A stretch of DNA of 64,000 bases, taken from the NCBI GenBank assembly GCA_030141605.1, contig JAQGDQ010000018.1, positions 124,001 through 188,000 on the forward strand, in the 5' to 3' direction. The notes under the pieces are model-generated. The model did not search any database. It was not told the DNA's origin and saw only the letters and a list, made by a program, of their open reading frames with translations. The DNA is from Tubiluchus corallicola (taxonomy: Eukaryota > Animalia > Priapulida). This document shows positions 61,001 to 64,000 of this stretch, piece by piece. Every line of letters starts with the position of its first letter. Within the stretch, counting starts at the first letter, position 1. The position numbers and the translations under genes are program-made.

Positions 61001-63993
61001 TAAAGGTTCCAATGGCAAGTGATCCTAAAGTTGCAACTCAGGCAGACTTGAAAATCAAAGTTCCGGACTTGCAGGAATCGCATGAATATTACTTCCGTGT
61101 TTCTGCTGCTAATAAAATAGGAACTAGTGAGCCGGTAGAGACTAAGGACAGAGTCCTTACAAAGAAACCACCAGGTAAAAAAAACGATGAAAGTTGTTAT
61201 TATGCTTGCATAAGTGTCTGTATGCCAGTATCAAATTGCAATGTTTATTTTGTATGTGATTGTAAATATAGAGTTTTTGAATGGACTAATGGCAATGAGA
61301 TTTTGTCTTATGCATTTTTTAATTTCACTTGATGTTGTACATTATTTTGCTTTCTAAGTTCAACATTTATTATTCTCGTAGTATTTTGTGTAGCAAAGAA
61401 ATTTTGAAATAGTGAATCTGAAGTTCCATTAATTTAAAATTCAGATATAATTGATTTTATTGTCATTTGTTGACAGTAGATACAAAATAGTATTTCATCT
61501 GTCTCCTGTTTTAAAGCTCCACCGAAGATCGAAGTACCAGAAGACCTTAAAGGTGGTATATCGTTTAATGGAGGAGATACTCTTGAACTAACTATTCCTT
61601 TTGATGGTAATCCTCCTCCTACAATTACTTGGTTTAAGGATGGCAAAGAACTTCAGGTAATTCAGTGATCTCATTTGTTTAAGTAAATCATTATTAGCGA
61701 TTCAGATTCTGGCAAAGATCATTTTCTTGTTACTTTCGTTTTAGAATTTTATTTGCTTATCTTGCGTTCACATGAAATTATTCTGTCAGTATCTTTAACC
61801 CGATATTTTAATTTTTTAAGTAGAATACCTAAATAGGAGCTTTTTTAATTCTGTACAAAATTCATTTTTTTCACTTAGCCCGATAAACGAATCAAGATAG
61901 AGACCAAAGATGATAAGACAACATTGTCAATACCTCACGACGCAGTACGTGAAGATATGGGTGAATATAAAGTTAAAGTAAAAAATGATCTTGGTGAAGA
62001 TACTACTGTTATTCCTGTTACAGTCATTGGTAAGTCATACAGCAATCTTTGAAAAAATACTTTATGGTTTTTTTCCTTCATGTGTCATCTTATGCATTAT
62101 AGAGCAATCACTATGCAACAGGCATAATATGCTAAGGGCAAATATTATAGTTACTGAAATAAATACTGTTGTATTAATAATTACTGTAGTGATTGTTGTA
62201 ATATTTATCTTTGTTATATTCACATTATAATGACTATTTTGTAACGTTATATCAAATGTTTATTAAATAGATCGACCAAAGGCTCCAACAAATTTGAAGT
62301 GTACTGATATTCAGGCTGATAATGTTACCTTGGAATGGAGCAAACCCACTGATGATGGAGGCAGTGAAATTACTGGCAAGTGTTGCTGATCATTTACTTG
62401 TTACTTGTTATAACTACTCGTTGTTTGCTATTTGTTATTGTAATACATTCTTCTGGTTTCTTAACTAACAAACATTGTGATTGGGAAGCATGATGCAAAT
62501 TTTCTACAATAAATTGTAAATTTTACCAGTTTTTCGAATACGTAATACATTCTGTTTACAAATGTTTTCTTTAGGTTATATTATTGAAAAGAATAACACA
62601 AAAGATGGACCAAAAGTATGGGAAAAAGTTTATGCTACAAAAGCTACAAATGGAAAGGTATGTCGTGGATTTGGTTTGGAGTAATTTACTTTGCCATTGT
62701 AATTTTATCATTTATTATTATTTTTTTGTGCTTTTGGTACTTGGCAAGCTGGGATTCAGCACTCATTTTCAGGACAAATTTGATGTAGAAGTTATGTAGG
62801 GCTGAAACCTAGCTTATTATCAAGGATAATCTTCTAAGTTGAAACATTGCAGTGGGGTGGTCTTCCAAAATACATTGTCCCAGTCAATGTTATGATTTGT
62901 TTAATGCTGCCAATTCATTTGGAAGCCATGATATGTGGTGTTTATCGTCTTGTGTTACAGAATTCTTATATATTGGTTATACTTTCATTTGACGTTTTGG
63001 AAAAATGATTTGCTAAAATATGCAATTTCGACATAGATTTTTTTCAATTGTGAGTGTTTGTTATCAAATGAATTTTTATAGGTTCTGAGTCTCATAGAGA
63101 ATGATGAGTATTACTTCAGGGTGTGTGCTACTAACAAAATTGGCTCCAGTGATCCTATAGTCATTGGTCCAATTAAAGTGAAGAAACCAAGAGGTATTTA
63201 AATATTTTTTTTTATTTTTGCCTTCATTTTTATATTTTGCTGTAGCAATCAAACATATTAGATTATTAACAGTATAATTTTTCTAAAATAGAAAAGTGAC
63301 TTTTTTGTTTTAGTTGCACCTAAGATTGATGCTGACAAATATAAAGATGGAGTAGAAGTGAGAGGTGGTGATACTCTTCTTTTAGAGATAGACTTCACAG
63401 GCAACCCTCCACCTGAGATTACTTGGACAAAAGATGGAAAGGAACTTAAGGTGAAGAATTTTTACTATAGGGTTATTGATCTTTAATATCATTTTGCAAT
63501 GCTTTTCTGAAATAATCAAATGTTGCTTGTTTTCATTTGCCTTGGAAGATTTACTGTTGTTGCTGAAGTGATTTATACTGTTATTTATGTATTTAGCCAA
63601 ACAGCCATCTAAAGATCGATAATGAAGAAGAGAAGACAGTGTTAACTATACCTGAGGCAGAAAGAGGTGATCTCGGTAAATATGGTTTAAAATTGAAGAA
63701 TGAGTTGGGCGAGGATGCTGTTCAGATTCCTGTTAATGTTGTTGGTAAGTTTCACTTTATTCTTGACAGATACAATGCTATTAGTGAGCTGAATTTTATT
63801 TCACTACCTTTGCTCTCTATTGCTGATTATTTGTCATTGTTTTTACGTTATTGTGATTGTGTGCTTAGACAAACCAAGCTCTCCTAAAGACTTGAAGGTG
63901 ACAGATGTGCGGGAAGACAGAATGACATTAACGTGGAAAGAACCGGATACTGATAATGGAGCTCCAATTACTGGTTATATCATCGAGAAACAG
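20993..63993 (+). CDS. Titin/twitchin-like tandem Ig/Fn3 array (>=17 Ig, >=16 Fn3; exons 17-82); 3' incomplete; in phase with the MYLK-like portion
   Basis: 66 exons with phase-consistent junctions encode repeated I-set Ig domains (PP..., G.P.P.V.W, D.G.Y....N..G) and titin-type Fn3 domains (DKP..P, W..P.DDGG, Y.FRV.A.N..G). Confidence 0.9.
21267..21377. repeat. tandem duplication, ~58-bp unit x2
   Basis: atactgaagtgttgt..caaacatttatgttaaacatga.ag.atctgcaga occurs twice. Confidence 0.75.
21707..21887 (+). CDS. exon 18: Fn3 N-half
   Basis: LQEATEGPLMPTGPLRVTVLTKDSIEVDWQPP...HYIIEYR; phases 1/2. Confidence 0.85.
23378..23520 (+). CDS. exon 19: Fn3 C-half
   Basis: LPADQTYSVFEELIENHRYFIGVAAENAFGVSDP; phases 2/1. 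Confidence 0.85.
23545..23846. repeat. compound microsatellite (CT)n-poly(T)-(CTCTGTGT)n-(CT)n
   Basis: Directly visible ~300-bp pyrimidine-rich tract. Confidence 0.97.
23972..24069 (+). CDS. exon 20: tandem Ig a, N-half
   Basis: PDPSFTTPLEDQHVTKGQQAKFTVQIDKPGAK; phases 1/0. Confidence 0.85.
24545..24719 (+). CDS. exon 21: tandem Ig a, C-half
   Basis: VKWLKDG...RHTLLVNNVDYDDEAVYTC; phases 0/1. Confidence 0.9.
24885..24982 (+). CDS. exon 22: tandem Ig b, N-half
   Basis: PPASFTKELEDKEVMENNSVIFDC; phases 1/0. Confidence 0.88.
25190..25358 (+). CDS. exon 23: tandem Ig b, C-half
   Basis: NVKWLKDGRRV...LTIKDATMDDMGVYTCK; phases 0/1. Confidence 0.88.
25534..25628 (+). CDS. exon 24: tandem Ig c, N-half
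   Basis: EPGFKTHLKDVEAVEKETIEMMCEV; phases 1/0. Confidence 0.88.
25725..25893 (+). CDS. exon 25: tandem Ig c, C-half
   Basis: VKWIKNN...LRIHDVSLDDNGTYFC; phases 0/1. Confidence 0.88.
26040..26615 (+). mobile_element. degraded LINE (CR1/L2-like) 3' fragment
   Basis: Frameshifted remnants LKL.NSHCCSFYGTA and IPCNLHNNLTHCISGIDP resemble the post-RT region of the adjacent copy; ends gatgcgaataaa followed by (TA)n. Confidence 0.45.
26615..27600 (+). mobile_element. degraded LINE (CR1/L2-like) reverse transcriptase and 3' end
   Basis: FGVYLDGLLRKLRDSKIGCMVGNGYCGSVAHADDLSLLA (YADD-like motif) followed by YCHSCYGSQI; frameshifts and stops; 3' limit approximate. Confidence 0.8.
27889..28022 (+). 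CDS. exon 26: tandem Ig d, N-half
   Basis: APVAEFLKKLENVTCSVGDVVILSCEVSIEDADVTWLKDGKQLK; phases 1/0. Confidence 0.88.
28157..28292 (+). CDS. exon 27: tandem Ig d, C-half
   Basis: ESEKYEF...LKINDIVAQDRGRYVCQAG; phases 0/1. Confidence 0.88.
28402..28544 (+). CDS. exon 28: Ig N-half
   Basis: PPRVYV...LEVDYEGYPPCHVSW; phases 1/0. Confidence 0.88.
28743..28887 (+). CDS. exon 29: Ig C-half
   Basis: TRRIRI...AQRKDSGNYKCVVENEHG; phases 0/1. Confidence 0.88.
28881..29030. repeat. 75-bp tandem duplication spanning the exon 29 splice donor
   Basis: 28881-28955 and 28956-29030 are nearly identical; both start GTCATAGGTAA. Confidence 0.9.
30230..30334 (+). CDS. exon 30: Fn3 N-half
   Basis: DKPSKPNNLKVKETTRDSVTLTWDEPEDNGGSEIN; phases 1/1. 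Confidence 0.9.
30781..30972 (+). CDS. exon 31: Fn3 C-half
   Basis: YIIEKRD...LIEGNKYKFKVMAENRKG; phases 1/1. Confidence 0.9.
31472..31669 (+). CDS. exon 32: Fn3 N-part
   Basis: EPDIPPGKP...WQPPENDGGSPILGYIVEKRASYSPRW; phases 1/1. Confidence 0.9.
32023..32130 (+). CDS. exon 33: Fn3 C-part
   Basis: LIEGEEYEFRVSAVNKVG; phases 1/1. Confidence 0.9.
33058..33209 (+). CDS. exon 34: Ig N-half
   Basis: PPHAQV...VKKGDTLILEIPYHSMPPPEVSW; phases 1/0. Confidence 0.88.
33392..33521 (+). CDS. exon 35: Ig C-half
   Basis: IEADEDKTVITIEDVLPEDAGPYKLKMKNPFG; phases 0/1. Confidence 0.88.
33638..33758 (+). CDS. exon 36: Fn3 N-half
   Basis: DTPEPPVDV...EWDEPEDKGGADIIDYVVE; phases 1/2. Confidence 0.88.
34430..34605 (+). 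CDS. exon 37: Fn3 C-half
   Basis: MDEDVQKWKKV...LEEGHEYVFRVYAENIAG; phases 2/1. Confidence 0.9.
34908..35601. mobile_element. non-autonomous Tc1/mariner-like element, ~690 bp
   Basis: Imperfect ~34-bp inverted ends (attgggtggtgcagaaaaaaatgtgccaaagtt versus the reverse complement of aacttgggcacattttctttgcgccacctgat) in a TATA context; no ORF. Confidence 0.65.
35926..36083 (+). CDS. exon 38: Ig N-half (GC donor)
   Basis: APHALLDDK...LEVPFVGHPPPEVEW...KRKCT; donor ACG|GCAAGT; 158 nt, as in paralogous exons. Confidence 0.85.
36195..36324 (+). CDS. exon 39: Ig C-half
   Basis: VDTTKGSTVLTV...DEGDYTVRLSNEMG; phases 0/1. Confidence 0.9.
36687..37400 (+). mobile_element. degraded non-LTR retrotransposon C-terminal region (restriction-like endonuclease clade)
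   Basis: Broken frames DCRLNAALDSALQHEYHW, EWMEHIRTLVQQG and QVLNNC......YTWRHNTLL, resembling the zinc-knuckle/RHN motif before RLE domains; limits approximate. Confidence 0.6.
38120..38224 (+). CDS. exon 40: Fn3 N-half
   Basis: DKPSAPNSV...WDEPESDGGCPIK; phases 1/1. Confidence 0.9.
38974..39165 (+). CDS. exon 41: Fn3 C-half
   Basis: YTVEKMD...LIEGHSYHFGVSAVNEVG; phases 1/1. Confidence 0.88.
39712..39863 (+). CDS. exon 42: Ig N-half
   Basis: PAKLKV...LEIPFSGSPIPEF; phases 1/0. Confidence 0.88.
40176..40410 (+). CDS. exon 43: Ig C-half fused to Fn3 N-half
   Basis: VTVYDD...DEGVYEINASNDLG...VVDKPGVP...WEEPEKDGGTPVT; phases 0/1. Confidence 0.9.
40851..41042 (+). CDS. exon 44: Fn3 C-half
   Basis: YLIEKRD...LIEGNKYHFRVSARNKVG; phases 1/1. 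Confidence 0.9.
41478..41606 (+). CDS. exon 45: Fn3 N-half
   Basis: APDAPAPP...WQPPKNDGGAPVTGYYLEKRA; phases 1/1. Confidence 0.9.
42244..42417 (+). CDS. exon 46: Fn3 C-half
   Basis: YSPRWSKVN...LIEDEEYEFRVAAENKGG; phases 1/1; AAG acceptor. Confidence 0.85.
42926..43026. repeat. (CT)n microsatellite
   Basis: Directly visible. Confidence 0.97.
43310..43437 (+). CDS. exon 47: Ig N-half
   Basis: PPKIRI...VKKGDTLNVEVPFEGCPPPEIMW; phases 1/0. Confidence 0.88.
43822..43975 (+). CDS. exon 48: Ig C-half
   Basis: KPLPDD...RKDAGEYKIQMANEFG; phases 0/1. Confidence 0.88.
44732..44876 (+). CDS. exon 49: Fn3 N-half (unit 1)
   Basis: EKPSSP...EWDRPEDDGGCEVLDFVVEVCDED; phases 1/2. Confidence 0.9.
45335..45489 (+). 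CDS. exon 50: Fn3 C-half (unit 1)
   Basis: WKKV...LEEDHEYRIRVSAKNPAG; phases 2/1. Confidence 0.9.
46519..46676 (+). CDS. exon 51: Ig N-half (unit 1)
   Basis: APVLKV...AGQPIKLDIPFRAIPPPEVEW; phases 1/0. Confidence 0.9.
46810..46939 (+). CDS. exon 52: Ig C-half (unit 1)
   Basis: IDTTKGKSALTV...RRDGGDFTIKISNELG; phases 0/1. Confidence 0.9.
49086..49230 (+). CDS. exon 53: Fn3 N-half (unit 2)
   Basis: DKPSAP...EWKAPEENGGCEITDYIVDICDEE; phases 1/2. Confidence 0.9.
49676..49827 (+). CDS. exon 54: Fn3 C-half (unit 2)
   Basis: WKNV...LQEDHDYRVRVVAQNEMGRGPP; phases 2/1. Confidence 0.9.
49978..50135 (+). CDS. exon 55: Ig N-half (unit 2)
   Basis: APELKV...AGQPIKLDIPFRAIPGAEVQWEYNG; phases 1/0. Confidence 0.9.
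50470..50599 (+). CDS. exon 56: Ig C-half (unit 2)
   Basis: IDQKK...RDDKGDYTVKLSNELG; phases 0/1. Confidence 0.9.
52408..52552 (+). CDS. exon 57: Fn3 N-half (unit 3)
   Basis: DKPSEP...EWDAPTDDGGCEILDFIVEICDED; phases 1/2. Confidence 0.9.
52739..52893 (+). CDS. exon 58: Fn3 C-half (unit 3)
   Basis: WKQV...LKEDHEYKVRVAAENEIG; phases 2/1. Confidence 0.9.
53137..53294 (+). CDS. exon 59: Ig N-half (unit 3)
   Basis: APEFKV...AGQPIKLDVPFRAIPPAEVEWLYNG; phases 1/0. Confidence 0.9.
54817..54949 (+). CDS. exon 60: Ig C-half (unit 3)
   Basis: VENSK...DDKGEYTIKLKNDLG; phases 0/1. Confidence 0.9.
55099..55243 (+). CDS. exon 61: Fn3 N-half (unit 4)
   Basis: DKPGAP...EWDEPEDDGGIQIIDFVVEVCD; phases 1/2. 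Confidence 0.9.
55595..55746 (+). CDS. exon 62: Fn3 C-half (unit 4)
   Basis: WKQV...LKEDHEYKVRVSAQNEMGRGPP; phases 2/1. Confidence 0.9.
55906..56063 (+). CDS. exon 63: Ig N-half (unit 4)
   Basis: APELKI...LDIPFRAIPTPEIEWEYNG; phases 1/0. Confidence 0.9.
56209..56338 (+). CDS. exon 64: Ig C-half (unit 4)
   Basis: FESSR...RADTGDYTIKLKNELG; phases 0/1. Confidence 0.9.
56716..56860 (+). CDS. exon 65: Fn3 N-half (unit 5)
   Basis: DKPSPP...EWGAPEDDGGCEILDFIVEICDEE; phases 1/2. Confidence 0.9.
57220..57374 (+). CDS. exon 66: Fn3 C-half (unit 5)
   Basis: WHSV...LKEDHEYRVRVSAENKVG; phases 2/1. Confidence 0.9.
58087..58244 (+). CDS. exon 67: Ig N-half (unit 5)
   Basis: APVVRL...LDVTYRAVPPPQASWEFNG; phases 1/0. 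Confidence 0.9.
58660..58789 (+). CDS. exon 68: Ig C-half (unit 5)
   Basis: VNTKK...RRSDKGDYLLKLKNEEG; phases 0/1. Confidence 0.9.
59013..59195 (+). CDS. exon 69: Fn3 N-part
   Basis: DKPDPP...WKPPNDDGGTPLTGYIVDKR; phases 1/1. Confidence 0.9.
59314..59427 (+). CDS. exon 70: Fn3 C-part
   Basis: PDLEENCEYFFRIKAKNEMG; phases 1/1. Confidence 0.9.
59660..59799 (+). CDS. exon 71: Ig N-half
   Basis: PPKLNL...FDIPFTGNPPPEVTWLHDG; phases 1/0. Confidence 0.9.
59911..60058 (+). CDS. exon 72: Ig C-half
   Basis: ADKDTRV...KREDKGNYTVKVKNSEG; phases 0/1. Confidence 0.9.
60676..60780 (+). CDS. exon 73: Fn3 N-half
   Basis: KPKKPKDL...WKKPDDDGGSDIT; phases 1/1. Confidence 0.9.
60959..61174 (+). CDS. exon 74: Fn3 C-half
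   Basis: YIVERRD...LQESHEYYFRVSAANKIG; phases 1/1. Confidence 0.9.
61517..61656 (+). CDS. exon 75: Ig N-half
   Basis: PPKIEV...LTIPFDGNPPPTITWFKDG; phases 1/0. Confidence 0.9.
61879..62029 (+). CDS. exon 76: Ig C-half
   Basis: PDKRIKI...REDMGEYKVKVKNDLG; phases 0/1. Confidence 0.9.
62271..62375 (+). CDS. exon 77: Fn3 N-part (GC donor)
   Basis: DRPKAP...WSKPTDDGGSEIT; donor G|GCAAGT; 105 nt, as in paralogous exons. Confidence 0.85.
62575..62657 (+). CDS. exon 78: Fn3 middle
   Basis: YIIEKNNTKDGPKVWEKV; phases 1/0. Confidence 0.85.
63082..63193 (+). CDS. exon 79: Fn3 C-part
   Basis: VLSLIENDEYYFRVCATNKIG; phases 0/1. Confidence 0.88.
63314..63450 (+). CDS. exon 80: Ig N-half
   Basis: APKID...LEIDFTGNPPPEITWTKDG; phases 1/0. 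Confidence 0.9.
63597..63744 (+). CDS. exon 81: Ig C-half
   Basis: PNSHLKI...ERGDLGKYGLKLKNELG; phases 0/1. Confidence 0.9.
63869..63993 (+). CDS. exon 82: Fn3 N-half (gene continues beyond window)
   Basis: DKPSSPKDL...WKEPDTDNGAPITGYIIEKQ; donor CAG|GTAAAG. Confidence 0.9.
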
Positions 63994-64000
63994 GTAAAGA

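Noticed and set aside
47756-61837. Additional perfect CArG boxes at 47756 and 61828
   Set aside because: Several matches are expected by chance in 64 kb of AT-rich DNA, and there is no supporting promoter context.
1-64000. Naming the whole locus TTN, unc-22/twitchin or obscurin; prokaryotic systems, CRISPR, tRNA or rRNA
   Set aside because: Kinase position and flanks match MYLK rather than titin or twitchin, and no RhoGEF/SH3 domains are visible. The DNA is spliceosomal-intron eukaryotic sequence with no repeat-spacer arrays or structured RNA genes seen.

Overview
AT-rich metazoan (probably invertebrate) genomic DNA. Almost the whole window is one intron-rich + strand locus, which I traced by hand into 82 exons; it runs off both ends of the window. 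All splice junctions are phase-compatible except the 3' end of one large exon, which is unresolved. The 5' part (1-19173) has smooth-muscle myosin light chain kinase (MYLK) architecture: Ig, a DFRxxL motif, Ig-Ig-Fn3, a DAPK/MLCK-family kinase (DFN in place of DFG), a calmodulin-binding segment and a telokin-like Ig. The telokin-like exon splices in phase, through a basic micro-exon, into a titin/twitchin-like array of at least 17 Ig and 16 Fn3 domains (20993-63993). The kinase therefore appears to lie upstream of the Ig/Fn3 array, the reverse of titin, twitchin and projectin. Candidate alternative first and last exons suggest several transcripts from the locus. An intronless DNAJB9/ERdj4-like gene is nested antisense in an intron. 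Introns also hold a hAT-like MITE, a Tc1/mariner-like MITE, LINE remnants and CT microsatellites. No RNA genes or CRISPR arrays were seen. All exon calls are from sequence alone and need RNA confirmation.
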